Below, piece by piece: positions 10,002 through 18,628 of a DNA stretch of 64,000 nucleotides; positions within the stretch are counted from its first letter, which is position 1; each line of letters begins with the position of its first letter. Source of the DNA: Elusimicrobiota bacterium. GTDB lineage: Bacteria; Elusimicrobiota; Elusimicrobia; UBA1565. The notes under the pieces were generated by a model, which had not been told where the DNA came from, ran no database searches, and worked only from the letters and a program-made list of their open reading frames with translations. The translations under genes and the position numbers were made by a program. The stretch lies in the NCBI GenBank assembly GCA_043827405.1, contig JBDRPD010000083.1:141166-205165 (forward strand), in the 5' to 3' direction.

Positions 10002-10892
10002 TTAGTCGCCGAGAATCTGCCGGGTTCGCTGTTCGGCGGAAATCACCGTGTTGTAGAGCAGGAAGGTGACGGTCAGCGGGCCGATGCCGCCCGGGACCGG
10101 AGTGATAAATCCCGCGACCTGGCGCGCCGATTCAAAGTCCACATCGCCGCATATCTCATTGCCCTTGCTGTATACGCCGGCGTCCAGCACGATTGCGCCG
10201 GGCTTGAGCCAGTCGCCGTGGATAAAGCGCGGTTTGCCGACCGCCGAGACTACGATGTCGGCGCGGCGGACGAGGCCCGGCAGGTCCTTGGTCTGGGAGT
10301 GGCACAAGGTCACCGTGGCGTCGAGGCAGGACAGCAGGTGCGCCGTCGGTTTGCCGACGATATTCGAGCGGCCGATTATGACCGCCGCCAGGCCCCGCGG
10401 GTCTACTCCGGTCTCCAGCAGCAGCTGGATGGTGGCGATTGCCGTGCAGGGGATGAGGGTGTCGGCGCGCTTGAGCTGCTGGAAGGACTTTTCCCGGAAC
10501 AGCTTGCCGAAGTTCGCCGAGGTCACTCCCTCGACGTCCTTTTCCTGAGGGATCGCTTCGATAATGCGGCGGGCGTCCAAGTGTTCGGGCATGGGCAGCT
10601 CGACGATAATCCCATCAATATTGAGATCCTGGTCGAGCTTGCCGAGGATGCGCAGGACATCTTTTTCCTTGATGGACTGCGGTAGTGCCTCGACGGTGCA
10701 CTCGACGCCCGCGTTCTTGCAGGCGTTGAGCTTATGCTTGAGATATATCTGGGATGACGGATCGCCGCCGATCGAGAGGATGGCGAGATGCGGCGGGCTG
10801 CCGCGCTTTTCCAGGACCAATGAAGAGCGTTCCTGCAGGTCCTTGAGCAGGTTCTGCGCGACCTTCTTCCCTTTGAGCAGCACCGCGCTCAT
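10002..10892 (-). CDS. folD: Bifunctional methylenetetrahydrofolate dehydrogenase/cyclohydrolase
   Basis: Full-length match to the FolD family (GGDPSSQIYLKHK...VELPMP...IGRSNIVGKP...ITPVPGGIGPLT). Confidence 0.93.
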   Translation of the reverse strand: MSAVLLKGKKVAQNLLKDLQERSSLVLEKRGSPPHLAILSIGGDPSSQIYLKHKLNACKNAGVECTVEALPQSIKEKDVLRILGKLDQDLNIDGIIVELPMPEHLDARRIIEAIPQEKDVEGVTSANFGKLFREKSFQQLKRADTLIPCTAIATIQLLLETGVDPRGLAAVIIGRSNIVGKPTAHLLSCLDATVTLCHSQTKDLPGLVRRADIVVSAVGKPRFIHGDWLKPGAIVLDAGVYSKGNEICGDVDFESARQVAGFITPVPGGIGPLTVTFLLYNTVISAEQRTRQILGD

Positions 10893-11833
10893 GGTCGGCG
10901 TCCCTCCAGTACCCGCAGCATCTTGTACAGCGGTTCAATAAAACGGACGGGGCGGCCGTTGCGTCTTGCCGCCGTGATCAGTGGTTTTAGGATGGCGTCC
11001 GCTTCGGTCGGTCGTCCGGCGGCGATGTCCTGAGCCATGGAGTTGACTTGATCGGGGGCCGCGGCGCAGCCGCGAACTACGCGCGCGGCGGGCCGGGAGT
11101 CCAGCGATGGATAGCCGGCGGCTTTGGCGATGTCCGCCGCTTCATTGACGACGCGCACCAGGAGTTCCCGCAGCGCGGGTTCGGAGGCCAGCTCGCCGTT
11201 GGTCCGCATCGCCAGCGTGCCGAGCGGATTGATCGCGGCGTTGTGAATCAGCTTCGTCCACAGCAGGCGCTCGGGCGAGCGCACGATCCGGACGGTCCAC
11301 CCGGCGCCGCGCAGCAGGACTGCGGCGGCGCGGCATGCCGTTTTGTTGGCCGGCGTCTCGGCGAGGGCGATCTCGCGGCCGCCGGTATGGCGGATTGTCG
11401 CGGAGCCCGTGCGCATGGCCGCGATATAGCAGGTTCCGAAGACGGCGCGCGCGGGCCCGTAAGCGCGCAGGATCGGTCCGGTGTGGCCGATTCCGTTTAT
11501 GAGGCTGACGATCGGCGTCGCGGGATCGACGATGCCGCGGACGGCGGCCAGCGCCTTGCTTAAGCCGGCGGCCTTCACGCAGAGGAAGACCGCCCGGCAT
11601 CCCGGACGGCGCGCGGGCCGGGGGGTTATGTCGAGCCAGCCGCGAATGAGCTTCCGGCGGCGGGGAGGCGCCGTGATGGTTAGGCCGCTGCGCTTGAGAG
11701 CGGCCGCGCGGGCGGCGCTGCGCGCGACCAGCAGCACCTGGTCGCCGCGGCGGCGCAGGCTGGCCGCGAGCGTGCCCCCGATCGCGCCCGGACCGACGAC
11801 GGCCGTAAAAGCGTTTGTATGTTTTCGCGGCAT
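10889..11833 (-). CDS. panE: 2-dehydropantoate 2-reductase (ketopantoate reductase, ApbA/PanE family)
   Basis: N-terminal GxGxxG NAD-binding motif (VVGPGAIGG). C-terminal ApbA_C signature region (LLWTKLIHNAAINPLGTLA...EADAILKPL). 4-nt overlap with folD. Confidence 0.8.
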   Translation of the reverse strand: MPRKHTNAFTAVVGPGAIGGTLAASLRRRGDQVLLVARSAARAAALKRSGLTITAPPRRRKLIRGWLDITPRPARRPGCRAVFLCVKAAGLSKALAAVRGIVDPATPIVSLINGIGHTGPILRAYGPARAVFGTCYIAAMRTGSATIRHTGGREIALAETPANKTACRAAAVLLRGAGWTVRIVRSPERLLWTKLIHNAAINPLGTLAMRTNGELASEPALRELLVRVVNEAADIAKAAGYPSLDSRPAARVVRGCAAAPDQVNSMAQDIAAGRPTEADAILKPLITAARRNGRPVRFIEPLYKMLRVLEGRRP

Positions 11834-11914
11834 CGCGCTAATGTACTATTTATCGCCGCAAAGAAAAACCCGCCCAGCATGGCTGGACGGGTTTTGTCTG
11901 CGGAACGTACGGTC

Positions 11915-12154
11915 TTAGCGCTTTTTCGCTTTCTTCGCGTTGACCATCTGGGCCCGGGAGATGTCGCCCTTCTTGTCGAGGAAGTAAAGGTAGCCTTTCT
12001 CCTTCGTGATGCCGGCCTTCGCGACCTTCTTCGGTTTGCCGCCCTTCTTGCCGCCGCGTGCCATGATCGCACGGGACACATCACCCTGCTTGTCGATGTA
12101 GTAAAGGAATCCCGACTCACGCGTCACGCCGACCTTCTGTACTTTCTCAGCCAT
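11915..12154 (-). CDS. Small (79 aa) Lys-rich protein with an internal tandem duplication; unknown function
   Basis: Two about 30-aa repeats (GFLYYIDKQGDVSRAIMARGGKKGGKPKK / GYLYFLDKKGDISRAQMVNAKKAKKR). Complete ORF with start and stop. Local GC drop. Confidence 0.55.
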   Translation of the reverse strand: MAEKVQKVGVTRESGFLYYIDKQGDVSRAIMARGGKKGGKPKKVAKAGITKEKGYLYFLDKKGDISRAQMVNAKKAKKR

Positions 12155-12335
12155 TCTTTTCTCCTGTGCAGCGCCTTGTGTTCAAGCACGCTACGACTTA
12201 ATATCTTCGACGGGGGATGCGGCATTTCCCGTCGGTCGACGGAGGATACTCCATCGGGTCTCAGAATACATTATCTCTCGTCGGAATGCAAGTATTTTCT
12301 CGTCGAGTTCCCGACGAGAAAAATAGGAGGCGGGG

Positions 12336-12596
12336 CTATTTGGTTTTAAACAGCGGGATCTGCGGCTCCGCCGGGCGCGTAATCAGCCGTTCCTTGAGCC
12401 ACTTGTCGATGAGGTCTTTCGAGAAGCGGTATTGGCGTCCGATGCGCGATGCGGGAACCTTTTTCTGCCGGATGAGGTTATAAATTTTGGACCGGCCCAT
12501 TCCCAGGTACTGCGCGAGTGTTTTGATGTCCATCACTTCGGGCGGCGGCCCCAGGAATTGCTTGCGTGAACTCTTTCTTTTTCGCTTTTTTGGCAT
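12336..12596 (-). CDS. Excisionase-family helix-turn-helix DNA-binding protein
   Basis: MPKKRKRKSS... then LAQYLGMGRSKIYNLIRQKKVPASRIGRQYRFSKDLIDKWL matches the excisionase/MerR-like HTH (TIGR01764-type) pattern. The ORF-track start at 12701 is probably too long; ATG at 12596 is preferred. Confidence 0.7.
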   Translation of the reverse strand: MPKKRKRKSSRKQFLGPPPEVMDIKTLAQYLGMGRSKIYNLIRQKKVPASRIGRQYRFSKDLIDKWLKERLITRPAEPQIPLFKTK

Positions 12597-12851
12597 AAAT
12601 TCGCCGTTTACTGCGTGATTAACCGCTTGTTCTAATAATAGGTTACAGTTTGTGTTATATTCTGTCAATAGTTGCTGTCGTCGCGGGGTTGCGAATAGCA
12701 ATTTTTATGGTACAATTTTGCATCTAGTTGGACCCCGCGCGGCGGTAGCCGGCGGCGGACACGGATAGCCGGAGGCTGACGTCCTGGATTCCGGAAGAGT
12801 ATTTTTTTCGGATTGTCGGCGTCGCCTACGTTTTGTTAAAATTGGTGAACA

Positions 12852-13268
12852 ATGCAAACCTATGAGACTGTAATTGTCGCACATCCGCGTCTTACTGATT
12901 CTGAAGTCGGTGTTTTCTCCGATAACGTCAAGGAGCAGATCGTATCGGGGGGCGGCGAGGTCGTGAGCGAGGATAAATGGGGCCGGCGCAAGCTGGCATA
13001 CCCGATCAAGAAGGTGCGGGAAGGTTTCTATATTTACTTCAAGTTTCAGGCGGCGGGTTCCGTCGTCCAAAAAATGAATAAAAACTTCCGTCTCCAGGAG
13101 ACGGTGCTCCGGACCCTGACGGTCGTCTCGCAGAAACCCAAAAGGGTGCGCATCAAGCCGGCAAAAGCGGCCAAGCTCGCGGCGACGGCGGCGGCGACGG
13201 CGGCGGCGACGGCGGCGACGGCGGCGACGGTGACGGCGGAACCATCCGAAATTATGGCGGCGGACTAA
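12852..13268 (+). CDS. rpsF: 30S ribosomal protein S6 with an Ala/Thr-rich low-complexity C-terminal tail
   Basis: MQTYETVIVAHP...EDKWGRRKLAYPIKK...GFYIYFKF is a canonical S6. The tail reads AATAAATAAATAATAATVTA. Confidence 0.93.
   Translation: MQTYETVIVAHPRLTDSEVGVFSDNVKEQIVSGGGEVVSEDKWGRRKLAYPIKKVREGFYIYFKFQAAGSVVQKMNKNFRLQETVLRTLTVVSQKPKRVRIKPAKAAKLAATAAATAAATAATAATVTAEPSEIMAAD
13180..13248 (+). repeat. Imperfect 9/12-bp tandem repeat (GCGGCGACG / GCGGCGGCGACG units) encoding the (A-A-T)n tail of S6
   Basis: Directly visible tandem units in the DNA at the 3' end of rpsF. Confidence 0.8.
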
Positions 13269-13678
13269 TGAAAGATATCCGACTTCTGCAGCAGAATATC
13301 GTACTGATCGCCGGACATTTGGCGCGGGATCCGGAGTTCCGAGTCACTCCGGGAGGCGCCCCCGTATGCAATTTCCGCGTCGGCGTCAGCCGCCGGTTCA
13401 AAGACGGCAAGACCGGCGACTGGAAGGACGAAACCACTTGGATCAACGTCGAGGTATGGCGCGAGGCGGCCGAGCGGCTGAAGGATCAGCTGAAGAAGGG
13501 CAGCCCGGTGCACGTCGAGGGTCGGCTGAAGTCCGAAGACTATGAGGACAAGCAGGGTCAGAAGCGCACTATGTATAAGGTAGTCGCCAACCGTGTGCAG
13601 GCCCTGGAGAAGCGTGATTCCGGCGCGTCGTCTTCCTCGGGCAAGGCCGCGGCGGATATAGAAGAGGTTCCCTTTTAA
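13268..13678 (+). CDS. ssb: Single-stranded DNA-binding protein
   Basis: OB-fold SSB signature ([20 protein letters not shown]...[13 protein letters not shown]). Acidic C-terminal tail ending EEVPF. ATG overlaps the rpsF stop (TAATG). Confidence 0.92.
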   Translation: MKDIRLLQQNIVLIAGHLARDPEFRVTPGGAPVCNFRVGVSRRFKDGKTGDWKDETTWINVEVWREAAERLKDQLKKGSPVHVEGRLKSEDYEDKQGQKRTMYKVVANRVQALEKRDSGASSSSGKAAADIEEVPF

Positions 13679-13998
13679 TGGCTAATACCGCACCGCAATC
13701 GTCGTCTTTTTCACGTCCCGGCGGAAAGTCCAGCGGCGGACCCCGCCGGGCGCCGGCTCCCGGGGGACGTCCCCCCCGTCGCGGCTTTACACCGCGCCGC
13801 AAGGTCTGCCGTTTTTGCGCGGACAAAGTGGGCAATGTGGACTTTAAGCAGGTCAACGTGCTTAAAACATTCACTACCGATCGCGGCAAGATTCTTTCCA
13901 GCCGCATTACGGGCAACTGCGCGAGCCACCAGCGTCAGCTGACGCGCGCAATCAAGCGCTGCCGCTATCTGGCGCTGCTGCCGTTCGCTTCTACTTGA
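13678..13998 (+). CDS. rpsR: 30S ribosomal protein S18
   Basis: [60 protein letters not shown]. Confidence 0.93.
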   Translation: MANTAPQSSSFSRPGGKSSGGPRRAPAPGGRPPRRGFTPRRKVCRFCADKVGNVDFKQVNVLKTFTTDRGKILSSRITGNCASHQRQLTRAIKRCRYLALLPFAST

Positions 13999-14017
13999 GC
14001 TAAGAGAGTAATTCGCC

Positions 14018-14464
14018 ATGAAGGTCATACTAAAATCTGATGTCGAAAAGTTGGGCCGCGCCGGGGACATTAAGAATGTCCGGCTCGGTTTTGCCCGCAA
14101 CTATCTCCTCGTTCGCGGCCTCGCGATGGAGGCCACTCCGGTCGCCGTCCGCGAGTACGAGAAGAGCCGGGAGCGGCGGGAAAAGGCCCGCACGCAGACG
14201 CTGGAGTCGGCCAAGGCGACCTGTGAGAAGTTGGCCGCCGTCAAGCTCACATTCGACCGCAAGGTCGCCGAGGGAGGCAGGCTCTTCGGCTCCGTCGGCA
14301 AGACCGACATCGTGAAGGGCCTGAAATCTTCCGGCTACACCGTTGAGAAGGGGGACATCCTCCTGGATGCGGCGATCAAAGAGCTCGGCGAGCTAGAGGT
14401 TGAAGTCCGTCTCGCGCCCGAAGCCAGCGCGAAGATCAAAGTCGCGGTTGTAGCGCGCACCTAA
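14018..14464 (+). CDS. rplI: 50S ribosomal protein L9
   Basis: MKVILKSDVEKLGRAGDIKNVRLGFARNYLL... with canonical L9 N- and C-domains. Confidence 0.93.
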   Translation: MKVILKSDVEKLGRAGDIKNVRLGFARNYLLVRGLAMEATPVAVREYEKSRERREKARTQTLESAKATCEKLAAVKLTFDRKVAEGGRLFGSVGKTDIVKGLKSSGYTVEKGDILLDAAIKELGELEVEVRLAPEASAKIKVAVVART

Positions 14465-14496
14465 GCTGTTAAGGGCTTCCCGCCCGGGATCGCCGT

Positions 14497-15906
14497 ATGC
14501 CGACCGATACGCTGCAAGTACCGCCGCAGGCCATTGATGCCGAAAAAGCCGTTCTCGGCTCGATGCTCATCGAAGGCGAGGCGGTCGAAAAGTCTATCGA
14601 GCTCCTCGAAGAGAAGCAGTTCTACAAGGATTCCCACCGCAAGGTCTTTCACGCCGCCGTCAACCTGTTCGAGCAGGGGCGGGCGGTCGATATCGTTACC
14701 GTCGGCGAAGAGCTTAAAAAGCTGAAGTGGATCGGTGAAATCGGCGGCACAACCTATCTTTCCGAGCTCGTTGCGCATGTCGCGACCGCGGCGCACGTCG
14801 AGCATTATGCCCGCATCGTGCGCGATAAGGCCGTCCTGCGCGAGTTGATCCGGGTCTGCACCGGCATCGTCGGCGAGTGCTACGGCGAGATCAAGAAGCC
14901 GGGCGACCTGCTCGACGACGTGCAGGGTCGCGTGCTGGCGGTGGCCCAGAAGCAGGCCACCACCTCGTTCGCGGATATCAAGACTCTCTCGCACGAGGCC
15001 ATCAAGGATATCGAGCGCCAGCATCAGAACAAGAATGCGGTCACCGGCGTGTCTACCGGCCTGGCCGAGTTTGACAAGATCACCGCCGGATTTCAGAAGG
15101 GCGACCTGATTCTGATCGCCGCCCGCCCGAGCCAGGGAAAGACCGCTTTGGCCCTCAATATCGCCGGGCAGGCGGTCCTGCGCAAGGACGGTCCGACGCC
15201 CACCGCCGTATTCTCCCTCGAGATGTCCAAGCATGCGATCATGACGCGCTTTATTTCGACGCAGGCGGGCGTCGACCTGCACAAGGTCCGCACTGGTTTT
15301 TTCCCGCGCAATCGTTGGACGGATTTGACCAATGCCGCGGCGCGCTTCTCGGAAGCGCCGCTCTACATCGACGACACGTCGGTCCTGTCCGTGCTCGAGC
15401 TGCGCTCGCGGGCGCGCCGGCTGGCGTCCGAGCTGCAGTCGCAGGGCAGGGAGCTGGGGCTGATTGTGATCGACTACCTGCAGCTGATGCGGGGTTCCAG
15501 CCGCCGCAGCGAAAGCCGGCAGCAGGAAGTGTCCGATATCTCCCGCGGCCTCAAGGGGCTGGCCCGCGACCTGAACATCCCCGTGGTCGCGCTGTCGCAG
15601 CTTTCCCGGCGCACCGAGGAGAAAGGGCGCAGCGACGCCCGCCCGCAGCTGTCGGACCTGCGGGACTCCGGGGCGTTGGAACAGGACGCCGATCTTGTGG
15701 CATTCATCTACCGCGAAGGCTACTACAAGCCGCAGGACCCGGATCCCGAGCTGCAGCGCAAGGCTGAGATTATCGTCGCCAAGCAGCGCAACGGCCCCAC
15801 CGGCATTATCCACGCCGTATTCGATCGGAACATCACGCGCTTCAGTGATGTGGCCTCCGTTGCCGAACCTGAAGGCGAGGAAGAGGTCCAGGTCGTATTT
15901 TCGTGA
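14497..15906 (+). CDS. dnaB: Replicative DNA helicase DnaB
   Basis: PPQAIDAEKAVLGSMLIEGE N-terminal domain. Walker A GARPSQGKTALALN, Walker B IVIDYLQLM and RecA-like C-terminal domain. 469 aa, no intein. Confidence 0.95.
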   Translation: MPTDTLQVPPQAIDAEKAVLGSMLIEGEAVEKSIELLEEKQFYKDSHRKVFHAAVNLFEQGRAVDIVTVGEELKKLKWIGEIGGTTYLSELVAHVATAAHVEHYARIVRDKAVLRELIRVCTGIVGECYGEIKKPGDLLDDVQGRVLAVAQKQATTSFADIKTLSHEAIKDIERQHQNKNAVTGVSTGLAEFDKITAGFQKGDLILIAARPSQGKTALALNIAGQAVLRKDGPTPTAVFSLEMSKHAIMTRFISTQAGVDLHKVRTGFFPRNRWTDLTNAAARFSEAPLYIDDTSVLSVLELRSRARRLASELQSQGRELGLIVIDYLQLMRGSSRRSESRQQEVSDISRGLKGLARDLNIPVVALSQLSRRTEEKGRSDARPQLSDLRDSGALEQDADLVAFIYREGYYKPQDPDPELQRKAEIIVAKQRNGPTGIIHAVFDRNITRFSDVASVAEPEGEEEVQVVFS

Positions 15907-17072
15907 CCGCGGGGCGCCGTCCCGTGGTCGAGTTCCCCCGGTTGTACCGCCCCACCTGGGCCGAGGTCGACCTCGGCGTCATTCTGGCCAATCTGAGAAA
16001 GCTGAAGCGCCGCGTCCGCGGCGCCGAGCTGCTGCTGGTGGTCAAAGCGAACGGCTACGGGCATGGAGCGGTGGAGGTCGCGCGCGCGGCGGAACAAGCC
16101 GGGCTGGTTCGCGGCTTCGGGGTGTCGTCGGTGGAGGAGGGTATCGCCCTGCGCGAGGCCGGCATCCGGCGCTCCATTCTGATCCTTGGCTCGCTCTATC
16201 CATTCGAGAGCACCATGGCGGCGATCCGTTACGGCCTGACGCCCACGGTCGCGTCGCTTGAAGGCGCGCGCCTGATCGAGCAGGCGGCGGAATCGATGGA
16301 GCGTCTGCATGCGGACGGGACCCAGGCCCTGCCGTTGAGCTGTCACTTGAAGATCGATACCGGTATGAGCCGGGTCGGCGTGCGTTGGCCCGCGGGCCGC
16401 GAGGTCGTCGATTACCTGGAGCGCGCTCCCGGCGTGCGGCTGGAGGGGGTGTTTACGCATTTGGCCTGCGCCGAGAACGACGTCCCGGCGACCCGCCGAC
16501 AGCTCCGGCAGTTCCGGGCGGCGGTGCGGGAGATCGAGCGGCGGGGACGAAAGATTCCCTGCCGGCATGCCGCGAACTCCGCGGCGGCGATGCGCTTTCC
16601 GGAGAGCCGCTGGGATATGATCCGGCCGGGGCTGGCCGCTTACGGTTTGTATCCCGGCTTCGCGCCGGCGCTTAGCCTGAAAACGCGGATCGTCTTCCTA
16701 AAAAGCGTTCCGCGGGCGACGCCCGTCAGCTACGGTGCGTTGTACCGGACCAGGCGCAAATCCCGGATCGCGACTTTGCCCATCGGCTACGGCGACGGAC
16801 TGCCGCGGCTGATCTCGCTGGCGCGGCGCGGCCGGCCCGGCGTGCTGCTGAAAGGAAGACGCTGCCCGATCGTGGGCGCCATCACCATGGATATGACCAT
16901 GGTCGATGTTTCCGGCGTTCCGGACGCCGCGGTGGGTGATGAGATCGTTCTGATCGGACGTCAGGGCCGCGCGATGGTGTCCGCCGGCGACTTGGCGCAG
17001 GCCGCTCAAACCATTCCCTACGAGATTGTTACCGGCCTGCAGCCCCGGCTCCCTCGGATATATATCCGTTAG
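15903..17072 (+). CDS. alr: Alanine racemase
   Basis: PLP-lysine motif VVKANGYGHG plus the conserved C-terminal beta-domain. GTG start overlapping the dnaB stop by 4 nt. Confidence 0.9.
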   Translation: MTAGRRPVVEFPRLYRPTWAEVDLGVILANLRKLKRRVRGAELLLVVKANGYGHGAVEVARAAEQAGLVRGFGVSSVEEGIALREAGIRRSILILGSLYPFESTMAAIRYGLTPTVASLEGARLIEQAAESMERLHADGTQALPLSCHLKIDTGMSRVGVRWPAGREVVDYLERAPGVRLEGVFTHLACAENDVPATRRQLRQFRAAVREIERRGRKIPCRHAANSAAAMRFPESRWDMIRPGLAAYGLYPGFAPALSLKTRIVFLKSVPRATPVSYGALYRTRRKSRIATLPIGYGDGLPRLISLARRGRPGVLLKGRRCPIVGAITMDMTMVDVSGVPDAAVGDEIVLIGRQGRAMVSAGDLAQAAQTIPYEIVTGLQPRLPRIYIR

Positions 17073-17189
17073 CCGTCTTGTGCGCTGTCGCGGCGCCGAG
17101 ATGGAAAACGTATAAAAAACATATACTTTTCTTCCTTTTCGCTTATTAAGGAAAATGGTAACATTGGAAAAGACCGCGCAGCATGCTGT

Positions 17190-17945
17190 GTGCATCACAT
17201 GAGAGCCTTCGCACTTTCCCTGGTTTTTGTTTTCGCTCCCTGCCTCTGGGCGTCCGCTGCCGCCTCGGATGCCGCCGCGCCGGCGGAGGACGCGGAATTC
17301 GGCGACTTTGAGGACGAATTCGGCGGCGCGGCGGAGGCAAAGAAGGTCTTCGATCCGCTGCGGGGCTACAATCGCTTCATGTTCAAGGTGAACGACAAGT
17401 TCTATTATTATTTGCTGCGGCCCCTGGCGCTGCATTACCGTTTCGCCGTTCCGAAGCAGGCGCGCACCGCGGTCAGCAAGTCCTTCCATAACCTGTACTT
17501 CCCGGTACGCTTCGTCAATACGCTGCTGCAGCTGAAATTCAAGAAGGCCGGGATGGAGTTCGGCCGTTTTGTCGTAAACTCCAGCGTCGGCGTCGGGGGC
17601 CTGTTTGATCCCGCGGGCCGCTACCTGAAATGGCGCCCCAGCGACGAGGATTTCGGCCAGACTCTCGGCCATTACGGCATGGGCGGCGGCTTCCCGGTGG
17701 TCCTGCCCCTGCTCGGCCCCAGCAATGTGCGCGACGGCCTGGCGCTGGCGCCGGACGCTCTGCTCAACCCCCTGTCTTATGCCGTCGAGCTGCCGATGAG
17801 CGTCGCCGCCAGGGCGGGGGAAAAATTCAACTATGCGTCGCTCCATCTCGGGGAGTATGAGAGCGTGAAAAAAGATGCGCTCGATCCGTATACTTTCCTC
17901 CGTGACGCCTACGAGCAGAATCGCGACAAGAAAATTCAGGAGTAG
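17190..17945 (+). CDS. mlaA: MlaA/VacJ-family outer-membrane lipoprotein (phospholipid trafficking)
   Basis: Signal peptide, then the VacJ signature DPLRGYNRFMFKVNDKF...GPSNVRDGL. Confidence 0.8.
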   Translation: MHHMRAFALSLVFVFAPCLWASAAASDAAAPAEDAEFGDFEDEFGGAAEAKKVFDPLRGYNRFMFKVNDKFYYYLLRPLALHYRFAVPKQARTAVSKSFHNLYFPVRFVNTLLQLKFKKAGMEFGRFVVNSSVGVGGLFDPAGRYLKWRPSDEDFGQTLGHYGMGGGFPVVLPLLGPSNVRDGLALAPDALLNPLSYAVELPMSVAARAGEKFNYASLHLGEYESVKKDALDPYTFLRDAYEQNRDKKIQE

Positions 17946-17948
17946 CCC

Positions 17949-18587
17949 ATGAACAAGATGATATTCGCCGTGCTCGCTCTTTTGCTGCTGTGCCCGCCGG
18001 TTTTCGCCGACGAAGAGCTGCAGAAGGTCTCCGTTCTCGTCGAGACTTCCGCCAACAAGATCTTGGCGGCGCTCAAGGACAAGACGCTCGAGCGCGAAGC
18101 CAAGCGCAAGCCGGTCATGGCGGAAGTCGACCGGCTTTTCGACATGGAGCGCATGGCGAAGCTGGTGCTGGGACCGACAAATTGGAAGCGGTTCGACGAG
18201 AAGCAGCGCGCGCAGTTTACGGAGCTGTTTGTCCGGCTGCTGAAGGATTCCTATTTTGAGAAGGTCGACCTCCTGTCGGACGAGAAGATCGAGTTCGGCA
18301 AGCCCGCGTGGGAGGAGAAGAAGATCCATATGTCGGCCTTCATCCTGTCGAAGGACAAGCGCTACGAGATGATTTACAAGCTGTACAAGAAGGGCAGCGG
18401 CTGGAAGGCCTACGACGTCGAGATCGAGGGGATCAGCGTGGTGCGGTCCTACCGGTCGCAGTACGAACAGTTTCTCAGGGACGGCACGCCCCAGGAGCTG
18501 CTGGTCAAGATGAAGGAGAAGTCCCTGGCGGCGCCCGCAGCTTTTCAGAAAAAGGACGGCGATAAGCCGCAGGAGAAAAAACCCTGA
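17949..18587 (+). CDS. mlaC: MlaC/Ttg2D-family periplasmic phospholipid-binding protein
   Basis: Signal peptide plus a Tol-tolerance Ttg2D-like sequence (MAKLVLGPTNWKRFDEKQRAQFTELFVRLL...YRSQYEQFL). Confidence 0.8.
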   Translation: MNKMIFAVLALLLLCPPVFADEELQKVSVLVETSANKILAALKDKTLEREAKRKPVMAEVDRLFDMERMAKLVLGPTNWKRFDEKQRAQFTELFVRLLKDSYFEKVDLLSDEKIEFGKPAWEEKKIHMSAFILSKDKRYEMIYKLYKKGSGWKAYDVEIEGISVVRSYRSQYEQFLRDGTPQELLVKMKEKSLAAPAAFQKKDGDKPQEKKP

Positions 18588-18628
18588 TCTCCATCTACGA
18601 ATCCATCGTCCTGCAGCGCGCGAAGGCC

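Noticed and set aside
12155-12335. Two hairpins that might be intrinsic terminators between the small Lys-rich gene and the HTH gene
   Set aside because: Neither stem is followed by a U-run on either strand, so I did not call them terminators. They are mentioned only as possible RNA or regulatory structure.
12597-12701. N-terminal extension of the excisionase-family HTH ORF
   Set aside because: The extension has no HTH-family features. The conserved domain begins at the MPKK start at 12596.
14461-18329. Long minus-strand ORFs (14461-15813, 15723-16568, 16698-18329) antisense to dnaB, alr and mlaA
   Set aside because: They overlap well-supported conserved genes on the opposite strand and show no protein motifs.
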